Source: Candidatus Bathyarchaeia archaeon | Lineage (GTDB): Archaea > Thermoproteota > Bathyarchaeia > Bathyarchaeales > Bathycorpusculaceae | NCBI GenBank assembly: GCA_049515895.1 | Contig: JBEKTQ010000007.1 | Location: 64,001 to 128,000 of the forward strand | Reading direction: 5' to 3' | DNA length: 64,000 nucleotides | In this document: positions 19,329-29,313 of the stretch, piece after piece | How positions within the stretch are numbered: the first letter of the stretch is position 1 | Layout of the letters: every line of letters begins with the position of its first letter | Position numbers and translations under genes: made by a program | Notes under the pieces: model-generated | What the model was told of the DNA's origin: nothing | Databases searched by the model: none | Seen by the model: the letters and a program-made list of their open reading frames with translations, nothing else

Positions 19329-19619
19329 ACCAAGCGTACATAAATTCTCAAAAATTCAAATGGTCAACGTAACAATTTGGTTTACGCCGTTCTACCAAAA
19401 AAAGTCTTGGAAATTGAAACTGCCGTCAGATTTTCAAGCTTGCTAAACTTGCTGAAGTTTCAACAAAGCTTGTTTTCAAAAAGCAATCTGACTCTTCAGT
19501 GATCAGTAAACTTGTTTGAAATGTTGCAGCAAAAGCAGTTTTTGAAACGGTAAATCAATTTGAACGATTAAGAAAATCCTGCATATCTCTGTCTGTTTAC
19601 AACGCAAAACAATTTTCTA

Positions 19620-19904
19620 TCAGCGCGGTTCAAGTGCTACTTCGAACGCTTGGTGATAAATGCGCTCGTCATCGCCAAGTTGCCGTTTTATCAAACTTGC
19701 ATTCAATTTTGGAATCGTTATGCGCCCATCCTTGTTCATCTTTACGTAAAAGGTTTCATCGACTCCGTAGGCAAACAAACGCAGGTGCCCTCTCAGAAGT
19801 TGCGTTGATTCTAACTTGAACTCCCATCTGATGAGCGTAGGAATCTGAATACGATTTCCCCTCCCTATCATTGCCTTAAAGGTTACCGAACTTGTTAATG
19901 GCAT
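19620..19904 (-). CDS. Double AbrB/MazE/SpoVT-type DNA-binding protein
   Basis: Two AbrB-like hairpins: GNRIQIPTLIR and DGRITIPKL. Confidence 0.8.
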   Translation of the reverse strand: MPLTSSVTFKAMIGRGNRIQIPTLIRWEFKLESTQLLRGHLRLFAYGVDETFYVKMNKDGRITIPKLNASLIKRQLGDDERIYHQAFEVALEPR

Positions 19905-19930
19905 AAAACTTTCCCAATCACTTAAAGCCT

Positions 19931-19990
19931 TATTAAACCAATATTAACCAATACTAACCGTTTTTAACCGATACTAACCGTAGCCTAACT
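19931..19990. repeat. 10-bp-period tandem repeat with (T/A)AACC core, 5-6 units
   Basis: tattaaacca atattaacca atactaaccg tttttaaccg atactaaccg tagcctaact. Confidence 0.85.
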
Positions 19991-20112
19991 TTAATTTAAG
20001 ACTTGTTCCAAAAAAGCAACCCAAACCAGCTTGTCCAAAAAATGGAGTAAAAGTCGCCACATCCAAGTCTTATATTTTATAGGCTATACTTAGTATGCTG
20101 AAGGACGCTTGA

Positions 20113-20694
20113 TTGGCTAAAGAATCAGCATTAACAATCTTCACAATCGGGCACTCGATTAGAACACTCGAAGAATTCGTAGAGTTGCTCAAAACTTATG
20201 GCGTAACACTGGTCGTGGACGTGCGCACAATACCCCGAAGCAGACACAACCCACAGTTCAACAAAGAAACCCTACCCAACACGCTCAAAAAACACGACAT
20301 AAAATACATTCACATGCCAGAAATCGGCGGCTTACGCCGACCCAAACATGACTCCGTCAACCTCGCTTGGGAAAACATGGGTTTCCGCGGCTACGCAGAC
20401 TACATGCAAACCAAAGAGTTCACTGACAACCTCCTAAAAATCGTCGCGCTGGCACGAGAAAACTGTTTGGCGCTGATGTGTGCTGAAGCCTTACCCTGGC
20501 GCTGCCACCGAAGCCTCATCTCCGACGCACTCATCGTTCGGCGCGTTAACGTGAAACATATCATAAGTGCAAGCAGCTGTATCAATCATGAACTTTGCGA
20601 GATGGCGCAGGTAGAAGGGACAAAAATAACCTATCCCTTGTTCACGAAAGAAACTCCTCAGCGAACATTAGGCGATTTCGGGTCCAAAGTCTAA
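20113..20694 (+). CDS. DUF488-family protein
   Basis: IFTIGHS, VDVRTIPRSRHNPQF, MCAEALPWRCHR motifs. Confidence 0.92.
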   Translation: MAKESALTIFTIGHSIRTLEEFVELLKTYGVTLVVDVRTIPRSRHNPQFNKETLPNTLKKHDIKYIHMPEIGGLRRPKHDSVNLAWENMGFRGYADYMQTKEFTDNLLKIVALARENCLALMCAEALPWRCHRSLISDALIVRRVNVKHIISASSCINHELCEMAQVEGTKITYPLFTKETPQRTLGDFGSKV

Positions 20695-20702
20695 TTATCT
20701 TA

Positions 20703-22046
20703 TCATTCTTTTTGGAGTTTAGCTATGAAGAATCCGTTGCAGTGGTGGATGTGCGGGTAAAGCCTTTGGCACTGAGTGAGCCCGCGCAGTCCTGGTAGTC
20801 CCAGTTCGGGCTTGATTTCTGCTATGTTAAATTCTGTGTGGTCTTTCAAGAACCGTTCAACTATCGTTTCGTTTTCTTCAACCGTTATGCTGCAGGTTGA
20901 ATAGATCAAGACTCCGCCAGCCGCTACTTTTTCCGCGCAGTTATTGATCATTTGCCATTGAATATCGGCCATCTTGCTGATTGATTTCGGGGTGATGCGC
21001 CATTTAGCTGAGGGTTGCTTGGCGAAGATGCCTGTGCCCGTGCATGGGGGATCCAAAACTATTGTGTTCGCTTCGTTAGCTAAAGGCAGGGTGGCGCATG
21101 CATCGGCGATTATCGGTTCAGCGATTTTGGTTCCCATGCGGCTTATTTCCCGTTTCCACGTTCGCATCCTTCGCGCTGAAAAATCCACTGAGTAGATGGC
21201 GCCGTTGTTTTGCATTAGCTGGGCTAGATAGGTGGTTTTGGCACCTGGAGCAGCGCAAACGTCGAAAACGATGCTGCCCTGCTTGGGGTCGGCGGCTTGT
21301 GTGGCGAAGCAGCTTGCTTTATCCTGGATATAGAATAACCCTTCTTTGTAGCTTGATAAACTGTTTAGCGGCTGTTTGGCTTCTGAGACTTTATACGTGT
21401 ATTTTAGCGCCAGCGGCTCCAATTTTACGCCTTCAGATCCCAGTTTTTGTACTATAGCTTCTTCGGTTGCTGCCAAAGTGTTAACTCGGATGTAGGTGAG
21501 CGGCGGATTCATGCTTCCCTGCAAAAACGCTATTGCCTCGTTGCGTCCCATAAGGTTGAAGCAGTACTTGACGAACCATGACGGGTGAAAAGTTTCCAAG
21601 CTAACCCGCTCCTCATCGCTTGCAGCCTCAAGGATAGGTTCGAGTTGGCGTGTGAGCAGAAAACCTAGGAATCGCTCAACTTCCCGCAAGGTTTCCCACC
21701 CAAGGATTGCTCTGCCCATGCTGGCGATGTGCTGTGCTTCTTGAAGGTTGATTTTTCCCCAGTTCTTCGCGATTCGGGTCTGGTAAACGTAGAGCCGAAG
21801 AAAGGATTGGACGCCGAGGTTGTAGTCGCCGATTTTTTTGGGGTCCACAATCGTGTTGACGAGTTTATCTATGAGGTTTCGGCGCCTCGTGGTTTCAACG
21901 ACGAGTCCGTAAGCGTACCGTATGGCGTTCGGGTCTTTTGTGTCAAGCTGCTTTATGGTTTTTGCCAATGCTAAGTGCTCGCTTAGTTTCTGCATTTCCA
22001 TCCAGCTCAGGGTTTCAATGGCGACTGTCCAAGCATCCTTCAACAA
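20703..22046 (-). CDS. RsmB/NOL1/NOP2/Sun family RNA m5C methyltransferase with N-terminal NusB-like domain
   Basis: QDKASC, DVCAAPGAKT, DPPCTGTG, YSTCS motifs. Confidence 0.95.
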   Translation of the reverse strand: MLKDAWTVAIETLSWMEMQKLSEHLALAKTIKQLDTKDPNAIRYAYGLVVETTRRRNLIDKLVNTIVDPKKIGDYNLGVQSFLRLYVYQTRIAKNWGKINLQEAQHIASMGRAILGWETLREVERFLGFLLTRQLEPILEAASDEERVSLETFHPSWFVKYCFNLMGRNEAIAFLQGSMNPPLTYIRVNTLAATEEAIVQKLGSEGVKLEPLALKYTYKVSEAKQPLNSLSSYKEGLFYIQDKASCFATQAADPKQGSIVFDVCAAPGAKTTYLAQLMQNNGAIYSVDFSARRMRTWKREISRMGTKIAEPIIADACATLPLANEANTIVLDPPCTGTGIFAKQPSAKWRITPKSISKMADIQWQMINNCAEKVAAGGVLIYSTCSITVEENETIVERFLKDHTEFNIAEIKPELGLPGLRGLTQCQRLYPHIHHCNGFFIAKLQKE

Positions 22047-22418
22047 ATTTCTTCACGAATAGAACAAGATGGGGCCGCCTCTAAATAAGAATTCAACTGT
22101 GATTTCTCTAATTCTGCTGCAGTTTCCTTTTTGAATTCGCGCGCAAAGTAGCCTTCTTTTCGGTCTTTGAATTCTTTGGTATTTTCGCCTTTTTTCTTTT
22201 TTGCACCTGACTAAACCTTGGATTCAAGCCCTAAACCAGAAAAACACCCCGAAGCAAGCTCTGACAAACTATGCGGGACCTAGTATTTGAGACAAAAAAC
22301 GACATAATTTGGTCCAATTGTTTTCGGGAGAAAAGCGGGGCGAGTGAGTGTGTAACTTAAAATCTGCACACAGCGGTTTATGCGCCCTTCTCTTTATCCT
22401 TGGTTCGAGCGAGGATTG

Positions 22419-22571
22419 ATGGGTCAAACGCGCAAAATCACCACGAAAACGAGAGCCGGTCAATACATGTGCCCGGAATGCGGTAAGGTCTTCGGTGACA
22501 AAAAATCAGTTGACAGCCACATTTTCAGGAATCATGAACCCAGCATGAACGATGTTTGGAAACTTGCATAG
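22419..22571 (+). CDS. Small C2H2 zinc-finger protein
   Basis: YMCPECGKVFGDKKSVDSHIFRNH; ATG 22419 preceded by GAGGA. Confidence 0.75.
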   Translation: MGQTRKITTKTRAGQYMCPECGKVFGDKKSVDSHIFRNHEPSMNDVWKLA

Positions 22572-22684
22572 CCGCAAACCGTTTTTCCCGCTTTTTTCAT
22601 CTATAGCTTAACGGGCAAAAAGTTGTTTTGTAGTCACTAAAGATTTTAGTCTCTATTGTACCATAGAGAGGCAAGGAGAATGGG

Positions 22685-25420
22685 ATAGCGCGCACACTCT
22701 TAGACTACTGCATCACTGAACAAGCTAAACCTCTTCCCAAACAAGAGGCCAAGACGAAAGCAGCGCCTCTGCCTGAAGTTACAAGCGACGTGGAAGTCAA
22801 ACACAAAAAGAAATCCCGCACCTTTCCGCCTGTAGCGCCCATGAATCTTCCAGCATCCTACTTTGTATCTGCGTCCTACGATGGCCGCCTAAAGAAAGCC
22901 GTCATCAAACTTTACGAGCCAGAATCTGAGCAACTCTACTTCTGGTATGACAACACTGGGCACAAACCCTACTGCCTAACCAACTTGTCAAAGGCTGACC
23001 TAGAAAAAATCGAACGCGTCGTTAAACATGAGGGCTTTGATCATATCGAAACATGCAAGAAAATGGATCCTTTCCTAGATCAAGAAATTGAAGTATCAAA
23101 AATCGTCACAAACGACCCGTTAGCCATCGGAGGCAAACCGTACGGTACCATAAGAGAAATTATTCCTGCGGATTTTCCGAAAGTCTCTGAATTTCCAGTT
23201 GCAAAGGAAGATATCAAGGTCTGGGAGTCAAGCATAAAATATTATCAATCATACATTTACGACCGCCAGTTCCTGCCTGGGATGATTTACGAGGTCAAAG
23301 ACGGCGCTCTTGTTGAAAAAGTGGTTGAAGAAGCCACAAATAGTTTGAATATGATACGGGCATTATTCAAGGATTGTTCTGAAGAAGAACGCAGTTACGC
23401 GGAAATGTGGGCAAAACTGCTTGAGTACCCAGCGCCAAAGTTCCGCAGGGCAGCTATAGACATTGAAGTTCTATCTTCGATAGCGACAAGAATGCCTAAC
23501 CCGGATGAAGCCGAGGGACAAGTGATCGCAGTATCGGTGTACAGTTCAGACGGCGAAAAAAGAGTTCTCGTTCTAAAACGAGAAGGCGTAAGAGAAGGCA
23601 TCAAGCACCTCACAGAAGATTTCGAGGTGGAATATTGCGAGACAGAGGAGGAACTGCTCAAAAAAACCTTCGAGGTTCTTTGGGATTACCCCTTCATCTT
23701 GACTTTTAACGGTGATGACTTCGACTTACGCTACCTTAGTAACCGAGCGTTGAAAAAAGGAATAAAGCCAAATGAAATCCCGATTGTGGTCGGGGATAGG
23801 GTTTGCTTACTTAAATATGGGGTCCATATTGACCTCTACAAGTTCTTCTTTAATCGTTCCGTGCAAATTTACGCCTATGGCAACCGCTACAAAGACGTGA
23901 GCCTTGACGACGTAGGTAATGCTCTTTTAGGGGAGCAAAAAATTCATTTAGAAAAAACCTTCGGGGACCTGAACTACTATGAACTTGCCGGCTACTGCCT
24001 GCGAGACTCTGAAATCACCTATAAACTAACCAGTTTTGACAACGATTCTGCCATGAAGCTAATTCTTGTTCTGGCTCGAATTGCGAGCATGCCTATGGAG
24101 GATGTCAGCCGCCAAGGAGTGAGCCGATGGATACGCAACTTTATGCATAGGGAACACCGCAAACGCAACATTTTGATTCCTAATGCAGAAGACATCCTGA
24201 CTAAGAAAGGCAAGACATCCACCACCGCAGTCATTAAAGGCAAAAAATACAAGGGCGCCATAGTTGTTGAGCCAACTCCAGGTGTTCACTTTAACGTTGC
24301 AGTAATGGACTTTCCTAGTCTGTATCCTTCAATCATCAAGGTTTGGAATTTAGGTTACCAATCTATCCGTTGCAACCATCCCGGGTGCAAGGGACATAGC
24401 ATCCCCGACACTCAGCATTGGGTCTGCACTGAAAAACGGGCACTCGAAAGCCTGCTTATTGGTTCGCTTAGAGATTTACGTGTAAAATGGTACAAAACTA
24501 GAGCCAAAGAAAAAACTTTGGCTCCTGAACTTAGGAGCTGGTACGGGATCACTCAGGGAGCCCTCAAAGTCATCTTAAACGCAAGTTACGGAGTTTTCGG
24601 CGCCGACAGCTTCGACCTGTATTGCCCACCTGTTGCAGAAGCGACAGCAGCCATCGGTAGATACTCGATTACCCAAATACTCAAACATGCCGAGTCGGTA
24701 GGCATAAAGGTTGTCTACGGCGACACGGACAGTCTCTTCCTCAAAAACCCCACTAGAGAACAGATCGAGGATGTCGTCAGCTTTACAGAACATGAATTGC
24801 ACATGGGCATAGACGTTGACAAAGTCTACCGGTATGCCGTTTTCAGCGCACGGAAAAAAAATTACCTCGGGGTCCTAGAAGATGGCGCAGTTGACGTTAA
24901 AGGCTTAACAGGCAAGAAAAAACACATTCCCATCTTTATCAAAGACGCATTCAACAAAATGAAAGAAAAACTTGCAAAAGTCAAAAACCCTGAGGGCTTC
25001 GAAAAAGCCAAAAAGGAAATAGCGGAAATAATCCGTGAGCGTTACCAACGGCTTAAACGAAGAGAATGGTCTGACATCAATGAGCTTGCGTTCCACATGG
25101 TTTTGGGTGATGAACTGTCTAGTTATACGAAAACTACCCCCCAACATGTTAAAGCTGCGCGGATCCTGCAGAAAACCGGCAAGGAACTGAGGGCAGGCGA
25201 TCTGATTAGTTTTGTAAAGGTGCTTAAATCGTCTTCCCGCGGCTTCTTAGATGACGTCAACTCTGGTGTAAAACCGGTGGAGTTAACTTCCAAGAATGAG
25301 GTGGACGTTGATAAGTACATCGCTTATTTGCAGTCTACTTTTGATCAGGTTCTTGATGCGTTGGGCTTGAGTTTTGAAGAAATTATCGGGTTAACAAAGC
25401 TTGAAAGTTTCTTGGCCTAA
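22685..25420 (+). CDS. polB1: Family B DNA polymerase PolB1
   Basis: Exonuclease DIE/FNGDDFD/YCLRD; polymerase DFPSLYPS, KVILNASYG, YGDTDS; C-terminal PIP-like TKLESF; frame extends upstream of GTG 22790 to ATA 22685 (ARTLLDY). Confidence 0.95.
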   Translation: MARTLLDYCITEQAKPLPKQEAKTKAAPLPEVTSDVEVKHKKKSRTFPPVAPMNLPASYFVSASYDGRLKKAVIKLYEPESEQLYFWYDNTGHKPYCLTNLSKADLEKIERVVKHEGFDHIETCKKMDPFLDQEIEVSKIVTNDPLAIGGKPYGTIREIIPADFPKVSEFPVAKEDIKVWESSIKYYQSYIYDRQFLPGMIYEVKDGALVEKVVEEATNSLNMIRALFKDCSEEERSYAEMWAKLLEYPAPKFRRAAIDIEVLSSIATRMPNPDEAEGQVIAVSVYSSDGEKRVLVLKREGVREGIKHLTEDFEVEYCETEEELLKKTFEVLWDYPFILTFNGDDFDLRYLSNRALKKGIKPNEIPIVVGDRVCLLKYGVHIDLYKFFFNRSVQIYAYGNRYKDVSLDDVGNALLGEQKIHLEKTFGDLNYYELAGYCLRDSEITYKLTSFDNDSAMKLILVLARIASMPMEDVSRQGVSRWIRNFMHREHRKRNILIPNAEDILTKKGKTSTTAVIKGKKYKGAIVVEPTPGVHFNVAVMDFPSLYPSIIKVWNLGYQSIRCNHPGCKGHSIPDTQHWVCTEKRALESLLIGSLRDLRVKWYKTRAKEKTLAPELRSWYGITQGALKVILNASYGVFGADSFDLYCPPVAEATAAIGRYSITQILKHAESVGIKVVYGDTDSLFLKNPTREQIEDVVSFTEHELHMGIDVDKVYRYAVFSARKKNYLGVLEDGAVDVKGLTGKKKHIPIFIKDAFNKMKEKLAKVKNPEGFEKAKKEIAEIIRERYQRLKRREWSDINELAFHMVLGDELSSYTKTTPQHVKAARILQKTGKELRAGDLISFVKVLKSSSRGFLDDVNSGVKPVELTSKNEVDVDKYIAYLQSTFDQVLDALGLSFEEIIGLTKLESFLA

Positions 25421-26293
25421 TCAATATAGTTGGCTAGCAACCGCTAGCACAGTAAAAACTGCAACGATTAAAGCTATTATTCTGACGACTTGTTTCTCAG
25501 CTAAGGGGCGATGATAAGTTATCAGTGTGATGAGGCTCCTTCTGTGGTCAGAGCAGAGTTTGCTTCCATCAAAAGAAACCTTGGCTTTTTGCCTTGTGAA
25601 GAAGATTGCGAGAAGTATCAATGATGAATTGAAGATGTAGGGCAAAATCGCTACAAGCAAACTTAGCTTCAAGTCTGAGATTAAGGCAAATGATGCTATT
25701 GTCATTCCTATTGCGAAGGAGCCTGAATTTCCTACGAAGATTTTTCCTTGAAAATTAAAGTACGCAAGCACCAACCAGAACAGTAAGGGGCCAACCATTA
25801 GAATATAGGACGACGATAGGGCCATTAACCCAATTATGACTATTGCCGGGCATATTGTTTCTAAGCCGTTCAACCCGCCAAGCATGTTCACAGCGTTGGT
25901 AACTATCATGACAATGATTGGAATAATGATGTAAAAGTAGATTGAGCCCAGATGAAGTGTCGCAATGTACGGCAACAACAAAGTTGTTCTTGCGCCTGTC
26001 TCTTTGGCGTAGTATATAAGTGGTAAAGCGGCGATTAGAGGCATGAAAGCTTTGTAACGCCATTTAAGGTCTATCCAATCATCAAGCAACCCCATGAAGC
26101 CGCCGAAAAGGATGCATGCAGCCAATATTAATGGGGCTGAGATGGGTGCTGAGACGTTCGCTGGGCTCTTTATTAATCCCGAGAAGTAGAGAAGAAAAAG
26201 GTAAACTGTTGCGAATAGGACGTATAATACGCCTATGCCGTTGGGAACAAGGCGTTGTCCGGGTTTGTGTTGATCTGGAACTTTTGGAAACAC
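25421..26293 (-). CDS. aglH: UDP-GlcNAc:dolichyl-phosphate GlcNAc-1-phosphotransferase (MraY/GPT family)
   Basis: DxHK, GLLDDW, NAVNMLGGLNGLE, KIFVGNSGS; multi-TM; directly downstream of aglB. Confidence 0.85.
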   Translation of the reverse strand: MFPKVPDQHKPGQRLVPNGIGVLYVLFATVYLFLLYFSGLIKSPANVSAPISAPLILAACILFGGFMGLLDDWIDLKWRYKAFMPLIAALPLIYYAKETGARTTLLLPYIATLHLGSIYFYIIIPIIVMIVTNAVNMLGGLNGLETICPAIVIIGLMALSSSYILMVGPLLFWLVLAYFNFQGKIFVGNSGSFAIGMTIASFALISDLKLSLLVAILPYIFNSSLILLAIFFTRQKAKVSFDGSKLCSDHRRSLITLITYHRPLAEKQVVRIIALIVAVFTVLAVASQLY

Positions 26294-26320
26294 AGGGCCG
26301 CTTCCTTACTGTTACGCCCG

Positions 26321-28651
26321 TTAGCCTTTGGTGACGCCTGTGCCTATTGTGCCTGTCGCTGCGTAGTATGCTCCGTAGTTTACTTGGTAGATGGCAACTA
26401 AAGGTACTAGTCCGCCGTACTGGTTAGGTGCAGTGTTTATGCCCGCAATCTCTACAGGTGTGAAGTATGTTGGCAGTGTAGCTTTCCAACTCGGCGCGAT
26501 GCTGAATCCTGCACTTGTCAAAGCTTGGCAGTATTGTGATGCGGCGCTGTACATTATTTCGTTTATGGTGCAGTTTTCCCCTTGCGAATTCCATGACCAC
26601 GCTCCCGTTGTGTTGCTGTAGCTGCCGAATGATGTTTCATCCTTCCATTCTGTTAATCCTTTGGTTGTGCCCATATAGCTATCGTTTATGTACATTTGCT
26701 CGTATGTTCCTGAGATTCTTGCCATCCACACGAATTTGCCTTCGTCTCCGTATCCAGCGGGGGTAGCTGTGTATGTTGTTGAGCTTCCGCTGCTTGACTG
26801 CTGAACCGCCAGAACGACGAAAACGAGGATGTAGTTGACGCGGCCAGGATTATTGTAATCCTCATAGTGATTTAGCATCATCAAAGATTGATTTTCAGTA
26901 CCCATCATGATTAAACCTACGTTAGCGATTTGTGTGGCGTTGTATGTTGTGTTATCGCAAAGCGAAGTAACATTTGCAATATCACTCAGCCAGTCGCCGT
27001 AGTCCCACCATGATACAACAACGCTATTTGCTGGTGCGTTATTATTAAGCCAACTCAACGCAGAAGTCCATGCACTAACCGGCTGAGTTAGGCTTGTACC
27101 GCCTATGGGGAGGCTGGATGCACTGAGAGCTGTCGGAATAAAAGACTGATTGATTGATCTCGGGACTCCTCCGGTTTGCGGTGAGAAAGCTACCTCAGTT
27201 ACGAGAATCAGGAATATCAGGAAGATTGCCACTCCGCTGTATTCTTTACTAACACGCGCAAGTTTCCGTTTGGTTTTTGCAAGGCTGTGAGGCGATTCCT
27301 TGAGTAAAGTGTAAAATGGTTTTAGTATGCTCAAAATACCTACTGCGGCTATGATGGCGAAAGCCGGAGCGAATATTGCAAGCAAACGAATCATCGATGC
27401 GGCAAAGAAAAGCGCTGTTACCGCAAAAACTATGAAGAATACGTTTTTGGTCGTGGGGTTCCTAAGAATAAAGTACAATCCGACTAGGAAGAATAGTATT
27501 CCGACGCCCAGTTCAAGGTAAACGTTCCCCCAAGCAGTAAGTTGCTGTTCAGCTACTGAATTGATGATGGGTGAAGAAGCCCTGATGAAGGGATCCAGCA
27601 CCGTTACGAATTTTCCGGTGATTCCGCTACCATTGATAAGTCCAGTTGCAGATAAACCAGCGAACCCTCCCACAATCACAACTAACGCGGTAATCGCGAG
27701 GGTGAGCTTGCTTCTCAAAGATATGTTATTACGTAAGAGCTCTGCACTGAGAAGTATCACGAATCCACCGGCGACTGGAAGAACTGCGCCTGAAGTCAGG
27801 TAGCTCAGCCCTAGGTAGGGAACCTTTGTCGCAATCAACAATGCTAAACCGAAGGTTATGCTGTAACTGACGAGAAGCCGTTGGCTGTATCGTCTGAGCA
27901 GAAGCAAGACAAACATGAACAGAACCGTGGCGTCAATCATGTAGTAGGCTCCTCCCCAGCCTGCAATGAAATAGGCTAAGGTTGCAGCTGAACCTATGGA
28001 GTACAAGATGGAAGCACGCAGGGATCTGTTGTTGTCAATTGACCTCAGGAAAAAGAAAACAAACAGTATCAACCCAATCGTGCCTGGAACCTGAGTGTCG
28101 AAGAACCCTAACGAAGTTCTTTCAATGATTGATGGTTCCAAAGCAATGAAAAGTGCAGAAAACAAGCCAACTGCCCTTCCGCCGATGTCCTTGCCAAGCA
28201 AATACATTACGTAAACCGAAATTACACCAATTACAGGCGGAATTAACGCGCAAAGTGTCATCATATTAACGTTTGCGCCCAACGCGTGGATAACGTCGTA
28301 AGCGACTGCTCCTGTTATGGGTATCGAAGGCAGGGCAGTAGCCATGTTGAGGCCAAAGGGATACCATAATTGATGGTTTATCCAGTGCGTAGGCCAGTAG
28401 GGTGAGAGTAAACCGTGGTTTACCATGTACTGTGTTACAGTAAACTGGTAGTAGGGGTCAAACTCGTTGAGTGTTGTTGTTCCCGCTGAAAGGTTTTCCC
28501 AGCGTAGTGGCAAAATACGGATAATGAACGAAACAAACAGTATTAGTGCTAGCGCAGAATATGCAATTATTGTGCCGTGACTTACTTCAATGCGTAGTCT
28601 GCTAAAAGGTGCTAGCCTTTTACTTAGTCGGTCTTTAATTCCTTCTCCCAC
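26321..28651 (-). CDS. aglB: Oligosaccharyltransferase STT3/AglB
   Basis: EFDPYY, GFFD, SVAEQ, WWDYG, DNTT and DEGK motifs; multi-TM. Confidence 0.97.
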   Translation of the reverse strand: MGEGIKDRLSKRLAPFSRLRIEVSHGTIIAYSALALILFVSFIIRILPLRWENLSAGTTTLNEFDPYYQFTVTQYMVNHGLLSPYWPTHWINHQLWYPFGLNMATALPSIPITGAVAYDVIHALGANVNMMTLCALIPPVIGVISVYVMYLLGKDIGGRAVGLFSALFIALEPSIIERTSLGFFDTQVPGTIGLILFVFFFLRSIDNNRSLRASILYSIGSAATLAYFIAGWGGAYYMIDATVLFMFVLLLLRRYSQRLLVSYSITFGLALLIATKVPYLGLSYLTSGAVLPVAGGFVILLSAELLRNNISLRSKLTLAITALVVIVGGFAGLSATGLINGSGITGKFVTVLDPFIRASSPIINSVAEQQLTAWGNVYLELGVGILFFLVGLYFILRNPTTKNVFFIVFAVTALFFAASMIRLLAIFAPAFAIIAAVGILSILKPFYTLLKESPHSLAKTKRKLARVSKEYSGVAIFLIFLILVTEVAFSPQTGGVPRSINQSFIPTALSASSLPIGGTSLTQPVSAWTSALSWLNNNAPANSVVVSWWDYGDWLSDIANVTSLCDNTTYNATQIANVGLIMMGTENQSLMMLNHYEDYNNPGRVNYILVFVVLAVQQSSSGSSTTYTATPAGYGDEGKFVWMARISGTYEQMYINDSYMGTTKGLTEWKDETSFGSYSNTTGAWSWNSQGENCTINEIMYSAASQYCQALTSAGFSIAPSWKATLPTYFTPVEIAGINTAPNQYGGLVPLVAIYQVNYGAYYAATGTIGTGVTKG

Positions 28652-28993
28652 TTTAAGCCATCCTTGTCTTAGCGATTAGTTGTTCGACAGTTAATTCTTT
28701 ACTTATACACATTGGAGGTTTATTTATGGCTTTCCAAAAATGTGTCAACATGGATTGTCGATCGCCGCAGGTTAAAGGATTCAGCAAATTAGACAAATGA
28801 TCAGATTATACTGGATTTTCCTTGGAAAAGAACTTGAAACTGCCACCAAGATTGTGGAAGATTGGCTGTGGTAACCAAAAGGCAACCGGCAAAATCCTTG
28901 TGTCCGCTTGGGCGAAACCCGTTTTAGACTGGTGCGGCATTTTTGGTCAGGCGGATTGTTCTTGTCCCAATTAAGAATTTGTTATCCCAGTTG

Positions 28994-29164
28994 TCAGCGC
29001 CGGTTTATGGGTTTTACTTCAACATCTATAGGTAACAACGAAAGTTTTCGGTTGCATTTTGGGCATTTTCCACCGTTTTGAGAAATAATCTCATCTGGCG
29101 GTTTTAGCTCAACACCTTCATATAAAACATGATTGCAACCATGGCAGGTAACACGTTGCGGCAT
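28994..29164 (-). CDS. Small zinc-ribbon protein (56 aa)
   Basis: Manual translation: MPQRVTCHGCNHVLYEGVELKPPDEIISQNGGKCPKCNRKLSLLPIDVEVKPINRR. Confidence 0.85.
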   Translation of the reverse strand: MPQRVTCHGCNHVLYEGVELKPPDEIISQNGGKCPKCNRKLSLLPIDVEVKPINRR

Positions 29165-29313
29165 CCAAGTTCCCCGATTATTACACTGTCATGGATTATT
29201 TATTGGTTACTAAAAGACGACAATTGCGCTGGTCAAGGATTTGGTGCTTGTGTTGCAAACCTTTATTTCAAGAACGAATACTTTGTGACGTTAAAGCTGC
29301 GGGTTAAACTGTC

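Noticed and set aside
19410-19550. Cluster of short inverted repeats (GTCAGATT/AATCTGAC, AAACTT/AAGTTT, CAAGCTTG)
   Set aside because: Short, AT-rich and without consistent spacing; not CRISPR-like and not distinguishable from chance by eye.
19931-19990. CRISPR array
   Set aside because: 10-bp units with no spacers, and no cas genes in the window.
22108-22206. 32-aa very basic minus-strand ORF (MQKRKKAKIPKNSK...)
   Set aside because: Explained by the A/T-run composition of the spacer; no homology evidence.
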